Source: Thermoproteota archaeon
GTDB taxonomy: Archaea; Korarchaeota; JAOZGF01; JAOZFZ01
Length of the DNA: 64,000 bases
Reading direction: 5' to 3'
Assembly (NCBI GenBank): GCA_027492035.1
Contig: JAOZFT010000007.1
Coordinates: forward strand, 1-64,000
This document shows, in pieces, positions 10,321 to 20,281 of the stretch (position 1 is its first letter; the number at the start of each line of letters is the position of its first letter). The translations under genes and the position numbers were made by a program. The notes under the pieces are model-generated. The model was not told where the DNA came from, did not search any database, and worked only from the letters and a program-made list of their open reading frames with translations.

Positions 10321-12351
10321 ATGATGGATTTAGCTTTCACGCCTTTAATTGCAGGAAGCGTAGCGATGATTACAGTCGGTTATTTAGTTTGGTCCCTGTT
10401 GAAAGTTGATCAAGGAACAGATAAAATGAAAGAAATTGCTTCATTCATAAAAATAGGAGCAGAAACTTTTCTTAAAAGAGAATTCAAAACAATATCCTAC
10501 TTTATAATAATTTTAGCTGTTCTGCTTTTCGTGTTCCTTAGGTGGGAAATAAGTGCAGGTTTCATTTTAGGTTCAACATTTTCCTGTTTAGCAGCATACA
10601 TAGGAATGAGTATTGCAGTGAGGGTAAACGTTAGAACAGCTAACACAACGAGAAAGGAACCTGAAAAGTCAGTTATGTTGGCTTTCAGAGGAGGTGCAGT
10701 TACAGGTTTATCAATTGTGGGAATGAGCTTGATAGGTTTAGGTTTACTTTTCCTTTTTTTCAACCGTAAACCAAGTTTAGTTGTTGGTTTCGGAGTGGGT
10801 GCAAGTTTAGCAGCGTTATTTGCACAATTGGGGGGAGGAATCTACACTAAAGCAGCAGATGTCGGAGCTGATCTTGTTGGTAAAGTTGAAGCAAAAATAC
10901 CTGAAGATGACCCGAGAAACCCTGCAGTAATAGCTGACCAAGTAGGGGATAATGTTGGAGATTGTGCAGGCAGAGGAGCAGACTTGTTTGAGTCCTTCTC
11001 TGACAACATAATAGGAACCATGATTTTAGGAATAGCTTTTGCAGCTTTTTACGGTGTAAACGCAGTAATTTATCCATTAGTTGCTCAATCTATAGGTGCA
11101 GTAGCAGCAATTATTGGAACATTTGTTGTCAGACCAAGCAAAAACCCAACTAAACCAATATATTTATCCTTCCTGGTTTCAGGAATAATAAACCTGATAG
11201 GTTACTACATTGTAACTGTTTATTTACTGAATGAACTATCTCTTTTTTACTGTGCAGCATTAGGTTTAGCTGCAAGTTTAATAGTGGCTTTACTTGTTCT
11301 TTACTATACAGGAACAGGTAAAAAAGTAACTGTTGAAATAGCTAAGTCTTCTCAAAGCGGCCCAGCCCTAAACATAATTACAGGTTTAGCTTATGGTTTA
11401 GAAAGTTCAGTTTCTCCATTGTTTTTAGTTGCTGTTGTAACTACTCTTTCTTATTATTTAGCAGGAGGAGGATTGAAGGGGGTTTTCGGTATAGCTACCG
11501 CTGCATTAGGTATATTATCTTCAACAGGTATAATAATGGCTTCTGACACTTTCGGCCCAATAGCTGACAACGCAGACGGAATAGCTGAAATGTCAGGGAT
11601 CAGTTCAGAAGTAGGGCAAGCACTTGAAGCCTTAGACTCAGTAGGCAACGTTACAAAAGCAGTTACTAAAGGGTATGCCATGGCCACTATGATGTTAACT
11701 TCTGTCACAATAATCTTTGCTTACTTCGCTGAAGCAGCTGGAAAAACAGGGATACAACTGAGCAACATAAACTCAATTATTGTTAATCTTGCTAACCCAA
11801 TTACAATAGTTGTTTGCATAGTAGGGGCTTTAATACCATTCCTTTTTTCAGCTTTAGCCATTTTAGCTGTAGGTAAAACAGCTAACCAAATGGTGGAAGA
11901 GGTGAGGAGGCAATTTAAAAAAATAAAAGGATTGCTTGAAGGAACAGCGAAACCTGATTATGCAGCCTGCGTAGATATTTCAACAAAAAACGCTTTAAAA
12001 GAAATGATCCCTCCTACATTGCTTGCATTGATGAGTCCAATAATTGTAGGTTTCCTGTTTGGAGTATGGAAACTAGCTGCTTACTTAATAACTGTAACAA
12101 TTGTCTCAGGGTTGCTTGCCATTTTCATGATAAATGCAGGAGGAGCCTGGGATAACGCAAAAAAATATATTGAATTAGGAAACCTTGGAGGTAAAGGAAC
12201 AGCTACTCATGCAGCGTCAGTTATAGGTGATACGGTTGGAGATCCTCTTAAAGACACTGCAGGCCCTTCTTTACATATACTCGTAAAACTTCAAAGTATT
12301 TTAGCCATAACTCTTCTTCCGTTGTTTTTCAAGTATGCTTTAAACCTTTAA
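10321..12351 (+). CDS. hppA: Membrane-bound pyrophosphatase, predicted K+-independent H+-PPase
   Basis: GGGIYTKAADVGADLVGKVE, DNVGD, GDTVGDPLKD; GNVTKA carries Lys at the K+-dependence position. Confidence 0.95.
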   Translation: MMDLAFTPLIAGSVAMITVGYLVWSLLKVDQGTDKMKEIASFIKIGAETFLKREFKTISYFIIILAVLLFVFLRWEISAGFILGSTFSCLAAYIGMSIAVRVNVRTANTTRKEPEKSVMLAFRGGAVTGLSIVGMSLIGLGLLFLFFNRKPSLVVGFGVGASLAALFAQLGGGIYTKAADVGADLVGKVEAKIPEDDPRNPAVIADQVGDNVGDCAGRGADLFESFSDNIIGTMILGIAFAAFYGVNAVIYPLVAQSIGAVAAIIGTFVVRPSKNPTKPIYLSFLVSGIINLIGYYIVTVYLLNELSLFYCAALGLAASLIVALLVLYYTGTGKKVTVEIAKSSQSGPALNIITGLAYGLESSVSPLFLVAVVTTLSYYLAGGGLKGVFGIATAALGILSSTGIIMASDTFGPIADNADGIAEMSGISSEVGQALEALDSVGNVTKAVTKGYAMATMMLTSVTIIFAYFAEAAGKTGIQLSNINSIIVNLANPITIVVCIVGALIPFLFSALAILAVGKTANQMVEEVRRQFKKIKGLLEGTAKPDYAACVDISTKNALKEMIPPTLLALMSPIIVGFLFGVWKLAAYLITVTIVSGLLAIFMINAGGAWDNAKKYIELGNLGGKGTATHAASVIGDTVGDPLKDTAGPSLHILVKLQSILAITLLPLFFKYALNL

Positions 12352-12503
12352 ACTTTCCAGTTTCTTGTTAAATCCTAAAAGTGGTTAATTTTGCTCGATT
12401 AAATAAACCCACCAAATAAGCCCCATTTTGTTGTTGAAGAAATGGTTAAAGAAACAGTTCATAAACACTTGTCAAAATACTACAGCAAGTTTTTAGGGAA
12501 GCT

Positions 12504-13625
12504 TTAATTGTTTAGTTTAAATTCCCTGCTTAGTTCCTTCAGTAACTCTTTCTGTCTAGCTGTGAGTTTTGTAGGTATTTCTATTTTTATTTTCACTAAT
12601 TCGTCTCCTCTACGCCATGAGCCCTTTATTCCCTTCCCTTTAAGTCTGAAAATTGTTCCAGGCTGTGTTCCGGGTGGAATTCTTAATTCGGTTTCGCCGT
12701 TAAGTGTAGGAACTGTGACCTTCGCTCCTAATATCGCTTGAATGAAGTTTATTTTTGTTTCATAGATTATATCTTTTCCTCTTCTTTCAAACAAGGGATG
12801 GGGCTTTACATGAACCACTACATATAAATCTCCGGGTGAAGCTCCTTTGGTAGCATCTCCTTGGTTAGCTACTCTTAAAATAGTACCTTCATCAACGCCT
12901 GGTGGTATGTTGACAATTATTCTCCTTGTAGCTTTCTCTAACCCTGTCCCTTTACATTTGGGGCATGGGGTGTTTATAATTACTCCTTTGCCTTTACATG
13001 TTGGGCAGGTTGTTGTTTGTATTATTTGTGTAAACCCTATTCTTCTCATGTCACTTATTACTCCTCTACCGTTGCAACGGGGACATTTCTTTAGCGAAGT
13101 TCCTGGTTGCATCCCCGTTCCCTGGCATAAACTGCATTTTTCAAGATGCTTTATTTCTATTTCTTTGGAGACGCCATTTGCCACTTCTTCCAAGGTAAGA
13201 CTTAAATCATATCTTATGTCTCTGCCTTTCCTTTCTGCTTTTCCCCAGAAGCTCTCATCTCTGAACTCTTCCTCTCCGAAACCGAAGTCGAAGCCGAAAT
13301 CCCTAAAAAATCTTTTAAAAATTTCGTTGAAGCTTCTAAACCCTAAATCCTTGAATATTTCGTCAAAATCTGCTCCTCTGAAGATATCCTCTGCTGTGTA
13401 TCTTCCATGTATTCCTTCACTCCCGTACATGTCGTATTCTCTACGTTTCTCGTCATCTGATAACACCGCATAGGCTTCAGATATTTCTTTAAATTTTTCT
13501 TCAGCGTCTGGGGACTTATTTCTATCTGGGTGATACTTTAAAGCTAACCTCCTGAACGCTTTTTTTATTTCCTCTTTTGTAGCATTCCTTGGAACTCCTA
13601 GTATTTTGTAGTAGTCTTTACCCAC
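12504..13625 (-). CDS. dnaJ: Chaperone DnaJ (type I)
   Basis: J-domain HPD, G/F region and four CxxCxGxG repeats. Confidence 0.97.
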   Translation of the reverse strand: MGKDYYKILGVPRNATKEEIKKAFRRLALKYHPDRNKSPDAEEKFKEISEAYAVLSDDEKRREYDMYGSEGIHGRYTAEDIFRGADFDEIFKDLGFRSFNEIFKRFFRDFGFDFGFGEEEFRDESFWGKAERKGRDIRYDLSLTLEEVANGVSKEIEIKHLEKCSLCQGTGMQPGTSLKKCPRCNGRGVISDMRRIGFTQIIQTTTCPTCKGKGVIINTPCPKCKGTGLEKATRRIIVNIPPGVDEGTILRVANQGDATKGASPGDLYVVVHVKPHPLFERRGKDIIYETKINFIQAILGAKVTVPTLNGETELRIPPGTQPGTIFRLKGKGIKGSWRRGDELVKIKIEIPTKLTARQKELLKELSREFKLNN

Positions 13626-13642
13626 CTAAACCACTTACTTCT

Positions 13643-15532
13643 TTACTTTTTATCCCCCACTACTTTATAGTCAGCGTCAACAACTTTCTTTTTGTCTTTT
13701 TCATTCTTTGAGGATTGCTCTTTACTTGAAGAAGCTCCAGGTGTTGATTGGTAAGCAGTTGCAGCTGTTTTTTGATAAAGCGTTGTACCTACTTCTTGTA
13801 AAACTTTTGAAAGTTCATCCATTTTTGTTTTGACTTCATCCACTTTTCTTTGATTGATTAATTTCCTTAATTCTTCAGTAAGCTTCTCAATTCTTTCTTT
13901 GTCGTTTTTGCTTATTTTTTCCCCTAGTTCTTTAATTGTTTTTTCAGCTGTGTAAACTATGGAGTCTGCTTTGTTAAGCAATTCAGCTTCTTCTCTTGCT
14001 TTCCTGTCTTCTTCAGCATATTTTTCAGCTTCTCTTATCATTCTTTCCTTTTCTTCCTCTGAAAGCTTAGTTGAAGCTGTAATGGTTATTTTTGCTTCTT
14101 TGTTGGTGGCTAAGTCTTTAGCTGTAACATGTAATATCCCATCTGCATCTATGTCAAAAGTGACTTCTATTTGAGGCACTCCCCTAGGCGCCGGCGGGAT
14201 CCCCGTTAAATTGAACATTCCAAGAGAAATGTTATCTTTCGCCATAGCTCTTTCCCCTTGCAAAACATGTATAGTGACTGCTGTTTGGAAGTCTGAGGCT
14301 GTTGTGAATATTTTACTTCTCCTCACTGGAATAGTTGTGTTTCTTTCTATGATTTTTGTAAAAACTCCACCTAGGGTTTCAACTCCTAATGAAAGAGGTG
14401 TTACATCTAACAAAACAATGTTTGATATTTCTCCAGCCAAAACTGCACCTTGAATAGCAGCTCCTATTGCAACACATTCCATTGGGTCAACTCCTCTCTC
14501 TGCGGGTTTACCTAAAAGTTCTTCGATAAATCTCCTGACTAGGGGCATTCTTGTCTGTCCCCCTATCAATATTATTTTGTCTATGTCTTTTGGTTCCAGT
14601 TTAGCGTCTTTTAACACGTTTAAGACAGGTTCCCTTATTTTCTCCACTATTGGAGTTGCTAATTGTTCAAGTTTAGCCCTTGTTAATGTGTAATGTAAAT
14701 GCTTAGGCCCTGTTGAATCTGAAGCTATGAAAGGTAAGTCTATGTCTGTAGTGTAAAGGGTTGAAAGTTCTATTTTAGCTTTTTCCGCCGCCTCTTTAAG
14801 TCTAGCCATGGCTTGCAAGTCATTTCGTAAATCTATTCCTGTGTCTTTTTTGAATTCCTCAACTAAATAATCCACTATGGCTTCATCTATGTTTGCCCCC
14901 CCTATTTCTGTGTCTCCACTTGTGGCAAGAACCTGAAATACTCCTTCACCGAATTCCATCACTGTAGTGTCATTTGTTCCACCTCCGAAACTGAAAACAA
15001 GGATTTTCATTGTTTTCTCCATTTTATCTAAGCCATAAGCAAGGGCTGCAGCTGTGGGTTCATTTATTATCCTTGCAACTTTGAAGCCTGCTATTTCCGC
15101 AGCATCTTTTGTTGCTTGTCGAGCGTTGTCATCGAAATGAGCCGGTACAGTAATAACTGCTTTGTTAATTTTTTCACTTAAATAAGCCTCAGCGTCCCTC
15201 TTAATTTTTTGAAGAATGAAAGCTGAAATTTGTTGAGGAGTATACTCTTTCCCATAAATTTTAACTCTGTAATTGGTTCCCATTTTCCTTTTTATTTCCC
15301 TAACTGTTCCTTCAGGATTAGTTACAGCTTGACGTCTTGCCGGTTCACCCACAAGGAGTCTACCATCTTTTGTGAAAGCTACTACACTTGGAAACATTTT
15401 ACCAGCTACAGTAGGCCCTTCAGCACTTGGAATGACAACAGAGCGGCCGCCTATCATGACCGCAGCCGCTGAGTTAGTAGTTCCCAAGTCAATACCTAAT
15501 ATTTTCTCTCTTTCCTTCTTTTCACTGCTCAT
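13643..15532 (-). CDS. dnaK: Chaperone DnaK (Hsp70)
   Basis: [52 protein letters not shown]. Confidence 0.97.
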   Translation of the reverse strand: MSSEKKEREKILGIDLGTTNSAAAVMIGGRSVVIPSAEGPTVAGKMFPSVVAFTKDGRLLVGEPARRQAVTNPEGTVREIKRKMGTNYRVKIYGKEYTPQQISAFILQKIKRDAEAYLSEKINKAVITVPAHFDDNARQATKDAAEIAGFKVARIINEPTAAALAYGLDKMEKTMKILVFSFGGGTNDTTVMEFGEGVFQVLATSGDTEIGGANIDEAIVDYLVEEFKKDTGIDLRNDLQAMARLKEAAEKAKIELSTLYTTDIDLPFIASDSTGPKHLHYTLTRAKLEQLATPIVEKIREPVLNVLKDAKLEPKDIDKIILIGGQTRMPLVRRFIEELLGKPAERGVDPMECVAIGAAIQGAVLAGEISNIVLLDVTPLSLGVETLGGVFTKIIERNTTIPVRRSKIFTTASDFQTAVTIHVLQGERAMAKDNISLGMFNLTGIPPAPRGVPQIEVTFDIDADGILHVTAKDLATNKEAKITITASTKLSEEEKERMIREAEKYAEEDRKAREEAELLNKADSIVYTAEKTIKELGEKISKNDKERIEKLTEELRKLINQRKVDEVKTKMDELSKVLQEVGTTLYQKTAATAYQSTPGASSSKEQSSKNEKDKKKVVDADYKVVGDKK

Positions 15533-16095
15533 CCTTTATCACCTTTGGAAACTTTCACCAAGGCAGGTCTAATAAGTCTATTTTTAAATTTGAAACCGCT
15601 TCTGACCTCTTCCACAACTACACCTTCCCCATATTTTGTACTAGGAACCAATAAAACAGCATCGTGCAATTCAGGATTAAATAATTCCCCTTCAGTAGGG
15701 ATTTTTTCAAGGCCTTCCTTACCCATTACATCCATTAATTTCTTAAACACTAACTCCACTCCTTCCAAGAAAGCTTGGAAATCATGGTGATTTCTCGCGT
15801 TTTTAATAGCTAACTCCAAATCATCTATTACTGGAAGGAGTTTCTTAACAAGTTCAGCGTTACCTCTTTCAATCACCACCTCAATTTCCTTCTTGGTTCT
15901 TTTTCTGAAGTTTTCAAAATCGGCTTGAAGGTATTTTAACTGGTTAAGGTAAGTTTCAGATTTCTTTTTCTCACTTGCTAAGGACTCTTCCAAAACCTTA
16001 ATCCTCTCTTTTAAAGCTTTGATTTCTTTTTCTAAGGTTTTGTCCTTTTTAGATCTTTTAGAGGTTGATTTTCTGACCATTTTCTTTCCCACCAA
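15529..16095 (-). CDS. grpE: Nucleotide exchange factor GrpE
   Basis: [33 protein letters not shown]; overlaps the dnaK start. Confidence 0.95.
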   Translation of the reverse strand: MVGKKMVRKSTSKRSKKDKTLEKEIKALKERIKVLEESLASEKKKSETYLNQLKYLQADFENFRKRTKKEIEVVIERGNAELVKKLLPVIDDLELAIKNARNHHDFQAFLEGVELVFKKLMDVMGKEGLEKIPTEGELFNPELHDAVLLVPSTKYGEGVVVEEVRSGFKFKNRLIRPALVKVSKGDKG

Positions 16096-16601
16096 GCAAT
16101 GTATGAACTAAAAAACACAAAAATATTTAGTTTTCTGAAAAAATCTAACTCCTCATTCTTTAACGGTAAAAAAGAAACTCTTATCCTTCAGAAACAAAAC
16201 TAAAAAAGCACATGATTCTTTATTAAGATTTAATTAATCTAAAGTTTTTCCCTCACAAATTTCTCTTCAACTTTATTTACTCTTCAAAAGAAAAATAAAC
16301 TTGAACAAAAATAAATTTTTCTCTTCTAGAAAAAATGCGACAGCCACTTTGAATTTCAATCAAGCTTTTACGTGCATCATAAACCTACTCTTCCGGTTTT
16401 TTCATAAAAATCTTCGAAACAATTTCTGGATTTCCTTAACGGAAAACGAGAAAATAGCAACCTAACTTTCATTGTTTCCTAAACAAGAAAATCTTGCAGT
16501 ACTCTTCTTCACTAAAACTTTTTTAGGCGGGACGGGATCTTTAAGTGAGGAAGTAAAAACGTAACAATTTTTATTTAACTTTGAACCATTACTTTTTTAA
16601 A

Positions 16602-16622
16602 TTTTAAGGTTTAACCTTAAAA
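16602..16622. promoter_or_regulatory. Perfect 10-bp inverted repeat next to a TATA-like box (candidate operator)
   Basis: TTTTAAGGTT-T-AACCTTAAAA followed by TATAAA at 16629-16634, upstream of the PAC2/Hsp20 genes. Confidence 0.4.
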
Positions 16623-16688
16623 GTACACTATAAATTTCTTGTCTTTTCAAAGGGGAGGAACAAGAAAACTTTCGGTCGGTGTTACAAA

Positions 16689-17444
16689 TTGAGCAGGGAG
16701 GATTCAATAAGAGTGGTTGAGGAATGTAAAGTTGAAGTTAAAAATCCAATTCTAGTTTTTGCTTTACCTGGCACTGGATTAGTTGGGTCCATTTCTGCCC
16801 TTCATCTTGTTCAAAACTTAAAAATGGAATACGTAGGTTACATTGAAACCCCGTTCACAAACCCTATCTTTTTCATACATAAAGGGAAGGTAACTGAACC
16901 AATAAGGATTTTTCGTAAAGGGAATGTTTTAGTTATTCTTTCAGAAATCCCGATTCCTCCGAATGCTTCAGAACCTTTACTTAAAAAAGTTATTGAATGG
17001 TGTAAAGGTAAAGGATGTAAATTAATCGTAACCTTGGGAGGCATCCCCATACCTAACAGGGTTGACGTTGAAAAACCTAGATGCTTCGCTGTCACAACTA
17101 ATGGAGGAGCTGACGAAATCATTAAGAAGTTAAACATTGAAAAACTAATTGAAGGAATAATTGTTGGCCCTTACCCCATAATCTTAAGAGAAGCAAGGAA
17201 GGTAGGTATCACAGCTATCACCTTACTCGGCGAATCCTTTAGAGACATACCTGACCCCGGTTCAGCAGCTTCAGTGCTTGACTCATTAGGCAGAATCTTA
17301 AATGTTAAGATAGATACTCAAGATCTTTTAGAGAAAGCTGAAGAAATAAGGATAAAAACCAGGGACTTGATGAGGAAAACTTCACAAACTATGCAGGGCA
17401 TGGGAAAGAAAAGAGAAATGGAAGTACCTTTAATGTATGTTTAA
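16689..17444 (+). CDS. PAC2-family proteasome assembly chaperone/activator (PbaB-like)
   Basis: ALPGTGLVGSI, LGG, PDPGSAA; the C-terminus ends in an HbYX motif (M-Y-V). Confidence 0.88.
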   Translation: MSREDSIRVVEECKVEVKNPILVFALPGTGLVGSISALHLVQNLKMEYVGYIETPFTNPIFFIHKGKVTEPIRIFRKGNVLVILSEIPIPPNASEPLLKKVIEWCKGKGCKLIVTLGGIPIPNRVDVEKPRCFAVTTNGGADEIIKKLNIEKLIEGIIVGPYPIILREARKVGITAITLLGESFRDIPDPGSAASVLDSLGRILNVKIDTQDLLEKAEEIRIKTRDLMRKTSQTMQGMGKKREMEVPLMYV

Positions 17445-17473
17445 AATGAAATAAATAAAGGAGATGAACCATT

Positions 17474-17941
17474 TTGACAAATGAACATATAGATTTTGAT
17501 TATTTCGAAGATGAATTTGAAAAGTTTTTCAGAAGAATAAGGAGAAGATTTCAAGAAGCTTTCTCAGATTTAGGTTTCTTTGAACCAGAGGAAAAACCTC
17601 TTTGGGACGCAGAAACCTGCTGCTTAGAACCCTTAGTTGAAGTACATAATAAACCGGAGGAAATAGTTGTGATTGCTGATCTGCCTTTTGTCAAACACAA
17701 GGGAGACATAGAACTCAATTTAATAGGTGACGTTCTTGAAATAAAAGCTAAACTCAAAAGACCCTACAGGTTTGAACACTGGGGAACTGTCCAAAAAGAT
17801 ATAGATTTCCAGACCTTCCAGAAACACATTAAATTACCTGAAGAAGTTAACCCGGAGGAAGTGGAAGCTGTCTTTAGAAATAGTGTCCTGAAAGTCACTT
17901 TGAAAAAGAAAATCAAGAGGAAAAGAATAGAAATAAAGTAG
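17474..17941 (+). CDS. Small heat shock protein (Hsp20/alpha-crystallin)
   Basis: VIADLP, IKLPEEV, AVFRNSVLKVTLKK and C-terminal IEI motif. Confidence 0.9.
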   Translation: MTNEHIDFDYFEDEFEKFFRRIRRRFQEAFSDLGFFEPEEKPLWDAETCCLEPLVEVHNKPEEIVVIADLPFVKHKGDIELNLIGDVLEIKAKLKRPYRFEHWGTVQKDIDFQTFQKHIKLPEEVNPEEVEAVFRNSVLKVTLKKKIKRKRIEIK

Positions 17942-18237
17942 TACCCTGAAAACAAATTAAAGATATGGGGAAGAAACCCTTCTGGAAAACAATTTGGTGA
18001 AAAAAAGTTACAGGAGTTAAAGACTTTCCCAAAAACAACTAAAATTTTTTAGTTTCCAAGTAAACATTGAAACCTGAAACAATCATTTCACGCTTCCTTT
18101 TCCGATTTCATTTGAAAATATTCTTCTAAACCTTAAGGGGCAGAAATGTTCAGACCAGCAGCGCCCAGCAGGTAATCAACAAAAACCTTTTAAGAGGTTC
18201 CGGTTTCGTTTCTTAATTTTTAAATAGGTTCCAAAAA

Positions 18238-19044
18238 ATGTTTGAAGACAAGGTTATAATTGTTTATTCAGTTAAGGATGCTGCAGGTGTAAACATATCA
18301 AGAAACATGCTTTCTTTAGGGAAATGGAGGGAAATTAAGAGAGGAGGAGAAACCTTTTTTGAACATGGAGAAATGATTCTTTACCGTGTAAAAAAGGACA
18401 TCATTTACACGGATTATCTTTCAAAGAAATTTAACCCTGAATTCTTTGTTTTTATTTCTAAACACAAGTCGGAGTCGGGTTTCAAATGCTTCACAACCCA
18501 CACCCCTGGCAACTGGTTAGGAGAAGCAACTCATGGGGGGAAAGGGAAAAGTTTAGCTGTTTCAAACCCTTTACTTCAGTATCTCTTCCTTAAAAACTTG
18601 AGAAATAACCCTTTCTCAATCGAAGCTACTTTAGAGGTTTCCCATCACGGACCTACTGAACTTAAAAAACCTGTCACATTTATTGAAATAGGTAGCACTA
18701 AGCATGAATGGGGAATAGAAGAGTATGGGAGATTTGTTGCAGAAACAGTGATTAAATCCTTAGAAGAATACAGGAAAAGATTGAATTTGAAGGTAGCAGT
18801 GGGGATAGGGGGTCCTCATTATGCTCCAAAATTTACAAAGTACATGGAGGAGAAAGATGTGGCGATTGGCCACATCATTCCAAAATATGTATTAGATAAC
18901 CTTGACATGGGAATGATTAAGGAATCCGTTGAAAAAACCTCCGGCAGAATCAACTATTTCTTAATTGACTGGAAAGGGGTTAAGCGAAAAAGTGAAATAT
19001 TAAAGGAAATTTCAGAACTTGGTTATGACTACATAAAAATATAA
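18238..19044 (+). CDS. dtdA: Archaeal-type D-aminoacyl-tRNA deacylase (DTD2)
   Basis: SKHKS, THTPGNW, LEVSHHGPT, FIEIGS, GGPHYAPKF. Confidence 0.9.
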   Translation: MFEDKVIIVYSVKDAAGVNISRNMLSLGKWREIKRGGETFFEHGEMILYRVKKDIIYTDYLSKKFNPEFFVFISKHKSESGFKCFTTHTPGNWLGEATHGGKGKSLAVSNPLLQYLFLKNLRNNPFSIEATLEVSHHGPTELKKPVTFIEIGSTKHEWGIEEYGRFVAETVIKSLEEYRKRLNLKVAVGIGGPHYAPKFTKYMEEKDVAIGHIIPKYVLDNLDMGMIKESVEKTSGRINYFLIDWKGVKRKSEILKEISELGYDYIKI

Positions 19045-19081
19045 AAGGGAGGGAGTCTCGTGTTCTTGGAAAGGTGGTTTT

Positions 19082-20194
19082 ATGGTTTTTGTGGAAGAAT
19101 TCGAGAAAGTGAAGCCTTTACCTGCCAAAGACTACGTTAGAGTAAGTCATTATGAGCTGAAGAGGTTTGTTTCTGAAGTTTTTATTAAATTAGACGTGCC
19201 TGTCAGTGACGCTAAAATAGTAGCTGACAATTTGGTTTCTGCAGACCTTAAAGGCATAGAGTCTCATGGTGTAGCTAGACTTAAAAGGTACATTGATGGA
19301 ATATTGAATGGTGTAGTAAAGACTAAACCTAAAATAAGGATAATTAGGGAAGGGCCTGTACATGTTCTAGTGGATGGTGACTACGGCCTTGGACAAGTTG
19401 TTGCCTACAAAGTCATGCAGAAAATTATTGAAAAAGCTGAAAAGAATTTTTTTGGAGTGGCAGCTGTAAAGAAAAGCAACCATTTCGGGATAGCTGGTTA
19501 CTATGCTGAACTTGCTTTGAAAAAAGATTTTATAGGTGTTGCAATGACTAACTCAAGACCTTTAGTGGCACATACAGGGGCTCTGGGAAGAAGTATTGGA
19601 ACCAACCCTTTAGCTTTCGCTGCACCTACTAGAAAGGAGCCTCCCTTTCTTTTAGATATGGCAACCTCTATTGTTCCCATGGGCAAAATCGAAACTTACA
19701 GTAGGAAGGGGGAGAAGACACCTCAAGGCTTAGCTATAGATGAAGAAGGAAAAGTAACAACTGACCCTGGAACAATTATGGAAAAGGGTGCTTTACTTCC
19801 ATTAGGAGGTTTAGGGGAGAAGTTAGGAGGACACAAAGGGTATGGTTTATCTGTGATGATTGATGTTTTATCTGGTGTTTTAAGCGGAGCTAATTGGGGC
19901 CTAAAAGTTGGTCCTACTCAAGGCCCTAAACCAAGTAATGTAGGCCACTTCTTTGCAGCTTTAAACATTGAGGCGTTTATGCCCTTAAATGAATTTAAGG
20001 ATAGGATGGAACAATTTAAGGAGGAGTTGAAATCTGCTAAGTTACACCCTGAATTTGAAAGGATTTGGGTTCATGGCGAAAAGTCTTGGTTGACAAGGAA
20101 GACAAGGGAGAAGATAGGAGTACCTGTTTACAAGAAAACCATGAAAGTGCTGAAAGAAGTTTCTGAAATAGTAGGGGTGGAATTTCCTTTCTGA
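19082..20194 (+). CDS. Ldh_2-family 2-hydroxyacid oxidoreductase (malate/L-sulfolactate/ureidoglycolate dehydrogenase family)
   Basis: GIESHGVARL, SNHFG, GTNPLAF, LDMATS, GGHKGYGL. Confidence 0.9.
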   Translation: MVFVEEFEKVKPLPAKDYVRVSHYELKRFVSEVFIKLDVPVSDAKIVADNLVSADLKGIESHGVARLKRYIDGILNGVVKTKPKIRIIREGPVHVLVDGDYGLGQVVAYKVMQKIIEKAEKNFFGVAAVKKSNHFGIAGYYAELALKKDFIGVAMTNSRPLVAHTGALGRSIGTNPLAFAAPTRKEPPFLLDMATSIVPMGKIETYSRKGEKTPQGLAIDEEGKVTTDPGTIMEKGALLPLGGLGEKLGGHKGYGLSVMIDVLSGVLSGANWGLKVGPTQGPKPSNVGHFFAALNIEAFMPLNEFKDRMEQFKEELKSAKLHPEFERIWVHGEKSWLTRKTREKIGVPVYKKTMKVLKEVSEIVGVEFPF

Positions 20195-20281
20195 AAAACA
20201 TAAAGAACATTTTTTTATTTGGAGAAGAGGAGATAAAACTGTTAATTTTTCTTTTTAAGGTTTTATCTAAACAGGAATGAG

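Noticed and set aside
16096-16688. CIRCE (TTAGCACTC-N9-GAGTGCTAA) or CTAAC-N5-GTTAG heat-shock operator
   Set aside because: Neither motif was found by eye upstream of grpE.
18130-18180. GC-richer patch as a possible C/D-box sRNA or tRNA fragment
   Set aside because: No complete C/D'/C'/D box set and no cloverleaf or T-loop consensus.
19082-20194. ComC (coenzyme M biosynthesis) assignment, with the ThrC homolog as cysteate synthase
   Set aside because: The Ldh_2 family is functionally broad, no comA/B/D/E genes are nearby, and the ThrC homolog lacks the catalytic lysine.
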